The notes beneath the pieces were generated by a model. It made no database searches, was not told where the DNA came from, and saw only the letters and a list, made by a program, of their open reading frames with translations. A DNA stretch of 47,082 nt, taken from the IMG/VR virus record IMGVR_UViG_3300046055_000016, positions 1 to 47,082 of that record; one strand, written 5' to 3'. The DNA is from a virus. The translations under genes and the position numbers were made by a program. Below, piece after piece: positions 30,075 through 39,039 of this stretch (position 1 is its first letter; every line of letters begins with the position of its first letter).

Positions 30075-30985
30075 AGACCGACGACTTGCCGGCCGCGCTG
30101 CGAGAGCTGTCCCAGGACGACCTGGTGGCCTTGAAGGAGCTAGTCGACAAGAAGGCGTGGCTGCGGGCCACGACCATCGCCGACTTCACTAGCAAGGAGC
30201 AACAGGCCATTGCCGATGCCAAGCGCCAGACGGGTGATGTGGCCCAGCGCCGGGTAAGGGATCGCTTCTATCAGCGCAAGCATTGGGACAGCCTGCGCTG
30301 GTTCCTCTTCGGCGGGCTCGTCGACATCACGGGGCTACCGATTGATCCGCAGCGGGCCTATGACCCCGATGACAACCCGTGGGTCAAGGTGAGAGTGGGA
30401 GGATGGGCTCAGACGCTGGATGAGCACGACGAGGCTAACCCCTACAAGACGCTGCCCGACAAGGACTACCTGCGCCTGCTTAGCTACGCCTGGGTCTTTC
30501 AGCCGCTGTTGCTGGTGCCCAAGAGCCGCCAGGTCATGGTCACCTGGCTGTTTTGCTGCATCGCCACCCACAACCTCCTTGTGCGCCCGGCACAGCGCAT
30601 GGCGGTGATCTCCAAGAAGTTTGAGGACGCCGACTCGCTGATCGACCGCATGGAGACGATCTACAACCGGCTGCCCCACAGCCGCTTTTCCGTGCCAGCC
30701 GCGTTCGATAAACACCGAAAAAGTGGTGAAGTGAGTTGCCCTCAGATGGAGTCTATTGTTCAGGCAATGGGCGAAGAAGCAAAAGGTCTAAGACAATATA
30801 CCTTCAGTTGGGTTTTTTCAGATGAAGTTTCTTTCCAAGATCAGGCAGATGATATTTTCAGGGCTGCGATGCCCACCGTCAAGGGAGGGGGGCGCTTCAC
30901 CGGGGTCAGCACGCCCAATGGTGAGGAGGTCTTTCACGCCACCCTGAGCGAGAATGGCCGCATCCCCGTGCCTGCTGGAGCCTGA
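30071..30985 (+). CDS. terL: Terminase large subunit, N-terminal ATPase core (separate ORF)
   Basis: Walker A-like VPKSRQVMVT, Walker B WVFSDEVSF, coupling motif VSTPNG. The stop at 30983-30985 comes 22 codons after STPNG. Confidence 0.75.
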   Translation: MKTDDLPAALRELSQDDLVALKELVDKKAWLRATTIADFTSKEQQAIADAKRQTGDVAQRRVRDRFYQRKHWDSLRWFLFGGLVDITGLPIDPQRAYDPDDNPWVKVRVGGWAQTLDEHDEANPYKTLPDKDYLRLLSYAWVFQPLLLVPKSRQVMVTWLFCCIATHNLLVRPAQRMAVISKKFEDADSLIDRMETIYNRLPHSRFSVPAAFDKHRKSGEVSCPQMESIVQAMGEEAKGLRQYTFSWVFSDEVSFQDQADDIFRAAMPTVKGGGRFTGVSTPNGEEVFHATLSENGRIPVPAGA

Positions 30986-30996
30986 GGAGCTTTCCT

Positions 30997-31167
30997 ATGC
31001 CGGTGCACGCAGGCAAGGACAGCCAAGGCCACTACTATCAGTACGGGAACCAGGCCAAGTACCACTACACCGCTGGCGACGAACAGAGCCGCAAGCGAGC
31101 CAAGCGCAAGGCCTACATGCAACAGGCCGCCATCGAGGCCAACCCCAACAGCAGCAGCAGCGAGTAA
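30997..31167 (+). CDS. 56-aa basic protein encoded between the two terL ORFs
   Basis: Too short for the ORF track. The ATG lies 8 nt after GAGGAG. It translates to MPVHAGKDSQGHYYQYGNQAKYHYTAGDEQSRKRAKRKAYMQQAAIEANPNSSSSE. Its third codon positions are almost all G/C, unlike the other two frames here. Confidence 0.55.
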   Translation: MPVHAGKDSQGHYYQYGNQAKYHYTAGDEQSRKRAKRKAYMQQAAIEANPNSSSSE

Positions 31168-31169
31168 CC

Positions 31170-32276
31170 ATGCCCGAGGCGCACGCGGACGGCAGCGACG
31201 CGGGGGAGTTCACGTTCAAGCTGCCACGCACGCGCATCCCCGAGCCGATCATGCCCGGCATCCGGGGCTGGAAGACCAGCGATGGCTATCTCGTGTTGCG
31301 CCTGCACTACACCGCCGACCCCGACCGCTCAACACAAGAGTGGCGTGATCACTACGTCATGGGTTACCGAGGGGGCTTTCAAGGCCGCGACTGGCAACGC
31401 GAGATGGAGATCGACTTCACCGCCTTCTCCGGTGAGGCCGTCTATTCCCAGTTCGACCCCAACAACAGCGTGCGACCCACGCGCTACAACCCCCGGGTGC
31501 CGCTGTGGCGTGGCTGGGACTTCGGCTATCGCCACCCGGCCGTGGTGTGGGCCCAACTGTGGCCCGACGACACGCTGGTCTGCTTGCACGAGCTGTATCC
31601 CACCATCGACCGCGACCAGCTCGCTGGCTTGTCCACCCACCAGTTGGCCAAGAAGGTCATTGATCAGACCCAGCGCCTGTTTCCCCAAGCCCTTGAGCAA
31701 GACAGCGCAGGGATCGCCGACTTCTGCGATCCGGCGGGCAATCAGCGCAAGGAGAACAGCGAGTTCTCCTCTATCGAAGTTTTGAACCAGTTTGGCATCG
31801 ACCCCGAGTGGTCGGTCGTGGGCCGCAAGAACCGCATCAACTACCTGCGCGAGTACGTCGAGCGCGAGGGCAAGTTCCGCGTCAACCCCCACTGCACGCT
31901 GCTGATCAAGGCGTTGTCCTCGGCCTACCGATACCCCGAGGCCGATGCGGGCACCGGTGATCGCGAGATGCCCGATCTGGGCAAGAAGGTCCAAGAGGAG
32001 CCGTATGTCCACCTCATGGATGCCTTGGAGTACATCGCTGCCTGCAACCTCGACATCGGCATCACATCAAACCTCGCGGACTTGGAAGATGACGAGAGTG
32101 AGTCCCACATCTCCGAGCTGGCAAAGATTTATCTGCAGGCCAACGACCAGGACGTACGCCAGGCTCCCACCGTCGACGACTCAAGCCCTGAGCTAACCGA
32201 GGAGCTTACCCCGGCTGACTTAGTCGGAGAAGAGACAGACGAGGACTCACTCGATGATATGTGGCTGTTATCCTAA
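31170..32276 (+). CDS. terL: Terminase large subunit, lid subdomain plus nuclease domain (separate ORF)
   Basis: LRLHYTADP...WQREMEIDF...VY fits a lid subdomain. RGWDFGYRHPAVVWAQL...CLHELY resembles the first RNase H-like nuclease motif. The ATG at 31170 lies 2 nt after the stop of the micro-ORF. Confidence 0.7.
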   Translation: MPEAHADGSDAGEFTFKLPRTRIPEPIMPGIRGWKTSDGYLVLRLHYTADPDRSTQEWRDHYVMGYRGGFQGRDWQREMEIDFTAFSGEAVYSQFDPNNSVRPTRYNPRVPLWRGWDFGYRHPAVVWAQLWPDDTLVCLHELYPTIDRDQLAGLSTHQLAKKVIDQTQRLFPQALEQDSAGIADFCDPAGNQRKENSEFSSIEVLNQFGIDPEWSVVGRKNRINYLREYVEREGKFRVNPHCTLLIKALSSAYRYPEADAGTGDREMPDLGKKVQEEPYVHLMDALEYIAACNLDIGITSNLADLEDDESESHISELAKIYLQANDQDVRQAPTVDDSSPELTEELTPADLVGEETDEDSLDDMWLLS

Positions 32277-32293
32277 ATCGCGGAGGTCACAAC

Positions 32294-33229
32294 ATGGCCA
32301 ATGTCCAGATCCTGCCCAAGCCAAAAACGTCGCCCATGACGTGTGTCGTCTCCGGCGACGGTCGGGGGCCGGTGCTCGACCTTGGCCGTGACATCAACGG
32401 CTATGGACGTTTGTACGTCAAGATCGACGCCATCGCCAAGCCGCTGCGTCAACAGGGCTGGGTCGACCCGGACCAGGCCGCCAAGCTGCGCGATCAGGCA
32501 GCCCAAGAGGAAGCTCGTGCGAACCACTTGCAGGACCAGGCCGACAAGTACCAAGAGCTGGTCATGCGCCTGGCCGATGCGGCCGCCGAGATCATGCCCT
32601 CACCCGAGGCCGAGGTGATCACCGAGACCAGAGAGACCGTACGCGATCCCACGCGCGACGAGATCGAGCAGTGGCTCATCGAGCACCCCAACCACCCCCT
32701 GCTCAGACACCACCAGCCCCCCGAGCCAGGCAGCGCAGCCGAGCACGAGCAGCTTTACGGCGCGCCGCACCAGCGCCGCAAGGCCAAGCACTACGCCGAC
32801 GTGGCCCGCAAGCGCGCCGAACAGACCCAGCAACAGCAAAGCACCGCGCCCACCACCCAGCAGGACCACGGCCAGCCATCCACGCCCATGACCACTCAGC
32901 TCCAGGGCCAAGAGGTCGACATCGACGCCCTGCTGGCTGAGAAGGTGGCCGACATCATCGCCTTCTGTGAGGGCCACTCCGAGGAGTTTCGCACCCAGGT
33001 GGTCAATCGCGAGCTAGAGTTGGCCGATCGCGGCTATGGGCGTGCGCGCAAGGGGCTGATCACCGGCCTTGGCTTTGAGTTCGTCGAGGGAGCCCGGGAC
33101 CAGGACTACGACCAGCCCATCGACCCCCGGGGTGAGGGCAAGGACGCCAGCGCCGATGAGGACTCCACTGAGCCGGTCGACGAGGACGAGCTGATCGTCG
33201 ATGACGACGAGCAAGGAGAGACGCCGTGA
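32294..33229 (+). CDS. Hypothetical protein
   Basis: ATG at 32294 after GGAGG; 311 aa; charged, low-complexity C-terminal half. Confidence 0.55.
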   Translation: MANVQILPKPKTSPMTCVVSGDGRGPVLDLGRDINGYGRLYVKIDAIAKPLRQQGWVDPDQAAKLRDQAAQEEARANHLQDQADKYQELVMRLADAAAEIMPSPEAEVITETRETVRDPTRDEIEQWLIEHPNHPLLRHHQPPEPGSAAEHEQLYGAPHQRRKAKHYADVARKRAEQTQQQQSTAPTTQQDHGQPSTPMTTQLQGQEVDIDALLAEKVADIIAFCEGHSEEFRTQVVNRELELADRGYGRARKGLITGLGFEFVEGARDQDYDQPIDPRGEGKDASADEDSTEPVDEDELIVDDDEQGETP

Positions 33230-33645
33230 CGACCGTGGTGATCTTGGCCTTCGTCCTCGCGCTGGTCATGTTGTTGACTGTCGCAGCGACCGTCTTCGCC
33301 CTCTCGCGGTTTTGGCGCGCAGAGATTGCTGATCTGCGCAGCGAGTACTCCCAACTTCTGACTCAGCGTGAGCACTACATCGCCGAGCTGCACAACCGCC
33401 TAGCGGCCAACTCCTGGCAGGAGTTCACCGCATTGCAGCAAAACACGCCCAATGCCACCGACAAGACCGTTGCGGGAGAGCGCGCCACCCAATCGGGTGA
33501 GGGCAAGCTCCTGGGTTCTTCCGAGCCGGCCGAGCCAGCCGCGTTCGATGACGTGGGCTGGGGCGAGACGGTCGATGACTCGATCGAGGCCCAATGGCTG
33601 GCCCGCGGGGTCGACATGGAGGGCCCAACGGTGGGAGGAGCCTAG
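33226..33645 (+). CDS. Hypothetical protein with an N-terminal transmembrane helix
   Basis: GTG start after AAGGAGA, overlapping the upstream stop. N-terminus is TTVVILAFVLALVMLLTVAATVFAL. Confidence 0.5.
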   Translation: MTTVVILAFVLALVMLLTVAATVFALSRFWRAEIADLRSEYSQLLTQREHYIAELHNRLAANSWQEFTALQQNTPNATDKTVAGERATQSGEGKLLGSSEPAEPAAFDDVGWGETVDDSIEAQWLARGVDMEGPTVGGA

Positions 33646-36132
33646 ATGAGTTCCCAGCCGCCAATCGCGGGAACGAGCATGACCGATGCCTTGCGGTCGG
33701 GCTACGCAAACGAGCAAGGCCAGCCCGGGGCGAAGGGTCAGCGCTACAAGCCCTTTGAGCAGATGAGCGATCAAGAGCTGATCTCACTCAACGACGAGTG
33801 GTTCTCGCGGGTTACACGCAACCGCCAGCACGTAGAGCGCTGGGCGCTACTGGCCACGGCCTTCTATCTGGACCAGCAGTACGTAGACTTTTATCAAGTG
33901 CCCAATGCGGGCACGATGCTGACGCAGTTGCCGGCCAAGAAGGGCCGGGTGCGCACCGTCGACAATCTCATCGAGCCGGCCGTTCGCTCCGAGCTTGCCC
34001 GTTTGCTGCGCAACCGCCCCTATGGCGTGGTCGTGCCCGACGGGCTGGACGGCCAGGACTACGAGGCCGCTCGGGCGGGTCAGCGCATCATCGAGCACGT
34101 CACCAGAGAGCAGAGCCTGGAGGAGTACTTCGAGGAGGCCGCGCTGTGGGCCCTGTTCGGTGGCACGTCGGTCATTGACACCCAGTGGGACCCCGAGGCC
34201 GGTCCAGGGAAACAAGGCGAGGGCGATATCGCCGGCATGGACCCCGGTGAGGTCATCGACCCGCTGGAAGGCCTAGACCCCTCGCAATCGCCAGATGCTT
34301 TGGCTGGGCGAAGGGGCGGCGATCCCAACATGGCCCCGCAGGACTTGGCATCACAGCTACAAGCCGGCGGGCAGATGCCTGGCGGCCAGATGCCGGGTCA
34401 GGGCCCAATGGATGGCCCCATGGGCGGCCCCATGGGCGGCCCATCCGGCGGTGGCCGCTATGGGACTCAACGCATGGGCGACTTCGAGTTCCGCACGCTG
34501 TCGTGCTTCGAGCTGGGCGTGCCCCACATCCGCAAGGCCGACATCGAGGATCAGCCTTATGTGATGATCACCAAGGCCTACGAGCTTGACGAGATCTACG
34601 AGCGCTGGGGCATAGAGGTCGAGGCCGACACCCAGGGGCGCTACGGCATGCTCGATGAGCGCATGACCCAAGTGCTGCAAGGCGGCATGAGCCCCACCCA
34701 CATGCCCAGCTCGTCCAGCGCGCCCAAGGTGCCCACCGCGATCGTCAAAGAGACCTGGATCAAGCCCAGCCGGAGGGCTCCTGATGGGCTGATTTTGATC
34801 ACCGCTGGGGGCCAGATCCTGGACAAGCGTCCGTGGCCGCAGTACCTGCAGCGCCAGTATCCCTTTGCCAAGATCGACTACACCAAGGTACCGGGCAGCT
34901 TTTGGAGCAAGGGGATGGTCCAGGCGCTCATCCCCTTGCAGCGCCGCCACAACCGCGCCGCCTCGGGCATGGTCGAGCAGGTCAACCTGCACTCCTCGGT
35001 GGGCGTGGCCCTGCCCCGGGGCACCCAGGTCAAGGGCGCGCTGGGCGGCAAGTCGACGATCTATGAGATGCCGCCGGGCTCGACCCAGCCGGCCCACAAC
35101 GTACAGGTGCCCGAGGCCGGCGAGTTGATCCTGCGTGAGATCGAGCTAACCCGTAAGTCGGTAGCCGATATTACGTTCCTCCACGAAATAAGCCGTGGCA
35201 CCACCCCTCCGAATGTCAGATCGGGAACTGCCATCAACTCGTTGAAGGAGATGGACGACTCGGCATCCTCCATTCCTATTCGCTCCATTGAGCGTGCGGT
35301 GCAAAAGCAGGGCAACATCATTCTGAGCATGGCGCGGCAGCTGTGGAGCGATCAGCGCGTGGTCACGGTGCTGGGCGAGGAGGGCGACATCGAGGCCCGC
35401 GCCTTCATCCGGGGCGATCAGATCGGGGGCAACTTCTGGGTCCAGCCCGGCTCGGGCTGGCCCTTCTCCAAGGCCGAGAAGGAGGCCGAGGTTTACCGGG
35501 CCCTGGAGTACGGCCTGATTGACCAGTCTGAGGCCAGCCGCGTGCTGGAGATGGGCGGGCTGCGCAAGGTCTTCAACGAGCGCCAGATTGATCTGCGCCA
35601 CGCCCGTCGGGAGAACCAGCTCTTTGAGGAGCTAACCGTGGCCAATCCCGATACCGGCGAGATCGACCTGGAGCACTTCCAAGCCCAGGTCGAGGCACTA
35701 CGCCCGGCCGACTGGCACGAGCACCTGGTGCACTTACAGGTCCACAACCGCATGCGCAAGATGGCCGAGTTCGAGCAGTGGCCCACCTATCGCCAGTACG
35801 CCTTCACCGCCCACATCACGGCCCACCAGGCTGCCTTGCAGGCCCAGATGGTCTCCCAGCAGCCCCAGGCCTCGCCGGGCCAGGCCACCCAATCCATGGG
35901 CCAGATATGGGAGCAACAGATGCAAAACACGATGGGTCTGGCCCAACAACAAGCCCAGCAACCGCCTGGTGGCCAACAGCAACCCGCTGGTCCTGGCGGT
36001 GGTGGCCAAGCTCCGGGCAGTGGTGGCCAAGGAGAACGAGAAGGCCAGAGCGTGCAGGGGCCAAGCCCACGCGGTGAGGGCGCCCCGGGCCGCCAGCCCG
36101 AGGATCAGCCCGATCGACAACAGGGCGAGTAG
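33646..36132 (+). CDS. Portal protein
   Basis: 828 aa, downstream of terL and upstream of scaffold and capsid. SD is GGAGGAG. Contains a G/P/M/Q low-complexity insert and a Q/G-rich C-terminal tail. Confidence 0.7.
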   Translation: MSSQPPIAGTSMTDALRSGYANEQGQPGAKGQRYKPFEQMSDQELISLNDEWFSRVTRNRQHVERWALLATAFYLDQQYVDFYQVPNAGTMLTQLPAKKGRVRTVDNLIEPAVRSELARLLRNRPYGVVVPDGLDGQDYEAARAGQRIIEHVTREQSLEEYFEEAALWALFGGTSVIDTQWDPEAGPGKQGEGDIAGMDPGEVIDPLEGLDPSQSPDALAGRRGGDPNMAPQDLASQLQAGGQMPGGQMPGQGPMDGPMGGPMGGPSGGGRYGTQRMGDFEFRTLSCFELGVPHIRKADIEDQPYVMITKAYELDEIYERWGIEVEADTQGRYGMLDERMTQVLQGGMSPTHMPSSSSAPKVPTAIVKETWIKPSRRAPDGLILITAGGQILDKRPWPQYLQRQYPFAKIDYTKVPGSFWSKGMVQALIPLQRRHNRAASGMVEQVNLHSSVGVALPRGTQVKGALGGKSTIYEMPPGSTQPAHNVQVPEAGELILREIELTRKSVADITFLHEISRGTTPPNVRSGTAINSLKEMDDSASSIPIRSIERAVQKQGNIILSMARQLWSDQRVVTVLGEEGDIEARAFIRGDQIGGNFWVQPGSGWPFSKAEKEAEVYRALEYGLIDQSEASRVLEMGGLRKVFNERQIDLRHARRENQLFEELTVANPDTGEIDLEHFQAQVEALRPADWHEHLVHLQVHNRMRKMAEFEQWPTYRQYAFTAHITAHQAALQAQMVSQQPQASPGQATQSMGQIWEQQMQNTMGLAQQQAQQPPGGQQQPAGPGGGGQAPGSGGQGEREGQSVQGPSPRGEGAPGRQPEDQPDRQQGE

Positions 36133-36135
36133 TCA

Positions 36136-36354
36136 TTGCCCTCGTTGGCCAATACCGCAGCCAGAGCCGGCGCTCGAGCTGGCTGGACGGCGCTGCACAC
36201 CTTCCTCGGGGCCATCGGGGCCCAAGCCTTGTTCTCCCTGGACGCCTCGGCGTTGTTGGCCGCAGTCGCGGCGGCCATCGGCGCTGCCTTGAACGTCCTG
36301 CGTGACGTGGCCGCCTCGCGAGTCAGAAAGCTCAAACAGAACAGGAGCGCGTGA
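36136..36354 (+). CDS. Small hydrophobic protein, candidate holin
   Basis: TTG start. GC3-rich. Hydrophobic segments WTALHTFLGAIGAQALF and LLAAVAAAIGAAL with a basic C-terminus. It lies directly upstream of the amidase. Confidence 0.4.
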   Translation: MPSLANTAARAGARAGWTALHTFLGAIGAQALFSLDASALLAAVAAAIGAALNVLRDVAASRVRKLKQNRSA

Positions 36355-37199
36355 TGGCCAGCTATCAACTGCGCCAAGACATTGAGGCTTCAATCCCAGG
36401 TGAGTTTATCTCACGCGATGCCGCTGGCCTGCCACCCGATCCTGGTGGGGCGCCGCGAGGGCCCGATGACATCGAGGCCATGACGCTGCACATCACCACT
36501 GGTGACAACCTCGGGCGCAAGAACACCGGTGAGTGGTGGCGCAATATCTATCAGTTCCATACTGGCAGCCAGGGCTGGGCCGACATTGGCTATGCCATGG
36601 GGGTCGATCGCTACGGCAATGTCCTGGAAGGGCGCGGGTTAGAGCGCCAGCTCGCCCACGCCAAGGGTTACAACCGGGTGTGGCTGGGCGTGGCCTATCT
36701 CGGCGCGGTGGCCAATGAGTTCACCAACAAGGCCCAGGCGGCCATCCTGGGCTTGCGCAACGTGCTGCTGGATCAGGGCATCGCCGTCGAGGCGGTAAAC
36801 GGCCATCGCGACGTGTCGCCCAAGGCGTGCCCGGGCGATCCGGTCTATGAGTGGATCCAACAGGGCCTGCCCTTGCCTCGGTCGCTGCCTGATCTCAAAG
36901 CCCGCGAGACTGATCAGACAAGCGATAATCACTACGTGGTGGCCGTGATCGCCGAGAACGAGATCGACGAGGGCATGGCCCGGGTGCTGGGCAAGGCCTA
37001 CAACTGGAAGTTCATCCACGCCAAGGACTTGGGCCGGGCCAGCATCGGCACAGCCGTGCGTGTGGGCGCCATCCGGGATCTGGACATGGATGTGTGGGAT
37101 GAGACCCACGACGTGGGCGGGCCCACCCGCGCTCACACCGCCGAGGCCGTGGCCCAGCGCATCCGCACCCGCAACGGAGACAGCCGCAGCGTCACTTGA
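36351..37199 (+). CDS. N-acetylmuramoyl-L-alanine amidase (PGRP/Amidase_2 fold) endolysin
   Basis: Motifs LHITTGD, WADIGYAMGVDRYGNVLEGRG and NGHRDVSPKACPGDPVY. SD is AGGAG. Confidence 0.9.
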   Translation: MMASYQLRQDIEASIPGEFISRDAAGLPPDPGGAPRGPDDIEAMTLHITTGDNLGRKNTGEWWRNIYQFHTGSQGWADIGYAMGVDRYGNVLEGRGLERQLAHAKGYNRVWLGVAYLGAVANEFTNKAQAAILGLRNVLLDQGIAVEAVNGHRDVSPKACPGDPVYEWIQQGLPLPRSLPDLKARETDQTSDNHYVVAVIAENEIDEGMARVLGKAYNWKFIHAKDLGRASIGTAVRVGAIRDLDMDVWDETHDVGGPTRAHTAEAVAQRIRTRNGDSRSVT

Positions 37200-37438
37200 C
37201 CCGAGGTAATCTCGCTGGTGTAACTCAAGGTCGCAGCGGAGGGTACGCTGTGGCACAGGACCAGCGTGAGCAGGACGAGGTCAACGACTTGCGGTGGCGC
37301 GTGTTCCACTTGGAGCAGTGGAAGGAGCGCATGGACTATCGGGCCACGCGGATCTTGATCATCGGCATCGGAGCCGGGTTCGCGTTCGTGGGAACGATCG
37401 TCTCTGGGCTGTTGTTGGGGGGCTTGGGGATCTCATGA
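37196..37438 (+). CDS. Small protein with a C-terminal transmembrane helix (lysis-associated candidate)
   Basis: RILIIGIGAGFAFVGTIVSGLLLGGLGI. Overlaps both neighbouring genes. Confidence 0.45.
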   Translation: MTRGNLAGVTQGRSGGYAVAQDQREQDEVNDLRWRVFHLEQWKERMDYRATRILIIGIGAGFAFVGTIVSGLLLGGLGIS

Positions 37439-37773
37439 CCGAAAAGTGGGACACTGAGACATCCAATAAGATCGAGAAGTGGATGGCCTACATCGGCGTT
37501 CCCGTGCTCATCGCCTTGACCGTTGGCCTCATCGTCGTGTCGGTCAACATCCGCTCGACCGTGCTCTCTGAGGCCGAGCAGCGCGCCAACAAGGCCGCCA
37601 GCCAACAGGCCGAGTTGATCCATGAGCTACAGCGCATCCACGACCAGCTCGAGACTTCAGAAGATGTGCCCTCACGCAGTGAGAGCTATCGCCGCATCCA
37701 ACGCATTGAGGATGACCTAGATCGTCTTATCGAGAGGGCCGAAAGTGGTTCTCTCGACAACTCACCTCCGTGA
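37435..37773 (+). CDS. Type II membrane protein with a coiled coil (lysis-associated candidate)
   Basis: The ATG at 37435 overlaps the upstream TGA. TM segment is WMAYIGVPVLIALTVGLIVVSV, followed by a helical region. Confidence 0.45.
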   Translation: MTEKWDTETSNKIEKWMAYIGVPVLIALTVGLIVVSVNIRSTVLSEAEQRANKAASQQAELIHELQRIHDQLETSEDVPSRSESYRRIQRIEDDLDRLIERAESGSLDNSPP

Positions 37774-37855
37774 GTTACACTCATGACAGCACGCGGCCAG
37801 GGTGAGGCAACAGCCCCTCGGGCTAGGGCCTCACACAGCCATGAAAGATCGAGGT

Positions 37856-38974
37856 ATGCCAGATCCAGACCCTTTGACATCCGGTCAGGGCGAGATCCGA
37901 CCCTTTGGGCCCGCGTGGGCCGTTGAGATCGACGGCAAAACCTTTCCCATCCCCGCCGGTGGGTCAGACACGACCACGGCCGGTCAGGAGTCATCAGGGC
38001 AAGGTGAGCCCGTCGATCCGGCCGACCTTGCAACCGCTGCAGAGGACGACGGTCAGGGTCAGGGCGCACAGCCGGATGACGACGGCGGTGGACAACAGTC
38101 CAGTGGGGGCCAGGAGTTCATCGAGCCGTACTTGGAAGGGCTGGACCCGCGGATCCGCCCTCAGGTTGAAGAGCGCCTGGAGCAGTTCCGCGCCGACCAG
38201 GACGCACAGGTCCAAAAGAAGATCGAGAACGTCAACAGTGAGCTGCGCGGTTTCAAGGAGTACGCCAGCTCACCCGAGGAGCTAGAGGTCCCGATCGCCT
38301 TCTACCAGTCGATCGTCAACGACCCGTTGAACACGATCGAGTGGTTGTTCGATCGTTTCGACCAGGAGCTGGGACGCGATTTGCGAAGCGAGGTTCAACA
38401 GATGGTGATGCCCAATGGCGGACAGACTTCGCAGGATGGCAACCAGCCCCAGCCCGCCACGAGCGACGGTCAGCAGCAGGGTCAGCAGCCCCAGGGTCAG
38501 CCCCAACAGGACGGCCAGCAGCCCGACCCTGCCAACCAGCCCATGACCAAAGCTGACGTTGAGGCCTACTTCGAGCAAAAGCGCCAAGAGGAGCAACAGG
38601 CTGCCCAACAGCGCCAGCAAGAAGAGCAGCAGCGTCAGCAGGTCCAAGGCTGGGTCGACGAGGCCGCCAAGCGCTATTCACTGCCGCTTGAGCAAGACGA
38701 TCCCTTGCGCGAGACGATCGTGGCCGAGGCGGGCAAGCTCTTCGAGCAGGGACAGGTCACCGACGGCAAACAGGCCGTGGAGATGGCCACCGAGTCGTTG
38801 ATGACCAAGCTACGAAACAAGGTCGGCGGCCAACAGTCTCCTCCGCAGCAACTGACAACCCCCAAGATCGCCAATGGTGGCCAAGCACCGGGTCAGCAAA
38901 AGCCGGACCTGAGCGATCCCAAGGCGCGTCAGAGCTACATGGAGGCGCTGTTGACCGGCGGTGGCAGCCAGTAG
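37856..38974 (+). CDS. Putative scaffolding protein
   Basis: Q/E-rich helical low-complexity protein immediately upstream of the major capsid gene. ATG at 37856 after GAGG; upstream in-frame starts are possible. Confidence 0.5.
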   Translation: MPDPDPLTSGQGEIRPFGPAWAVEIDGKTFPIPAGGSDTTTAGQESSGQGEPVDPADLATAAEDDGQGQGAQPDDDGGGQQSSGGQEFIEPYLEGLDPRIRPQVEERLEQFRADQDAQVQKKIENVNSELRGFKEYASSPEELEVPIAFYQSIVNDPLNTIEWLFDRFDQELGRDLRSEVQQMVMPNGGQTSQDGNQPQPATSDGQQQGQQPQGQPQQDGQQPDPANQPMTKADVEAYFEQKRQEEQQAAQQRQQEEQQRQQVQGWVDEAAKRYSLPLEQDDPLRETIVAEAGKLFEQGQVTDGKQAVEMATESLMTKLRNKVGGQQSPPQQLTTPKIANGGQAPGQQKPDLSDPKARQSYMEALLTGGGSQ

Positions 38975-39039
38975 CCCCTGTGGCCCCCATCCTTTCCTCA
39001 TACTGCGAGGAAAGGTCTACGCGACAAAAGGAAAGCGCA

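Noticed and set aside
30954-31169. 5' extension of the second terL ORF, and the idea of a programmed frameshift fusing the two terL ORFs
   Set aside because: This frame has weak GC3 and an R/Q/P-rich translation. The third frame carries an SD-led, GC3-rich 56-codon ORF. I saw no slippery heptamer in 30954-30985.
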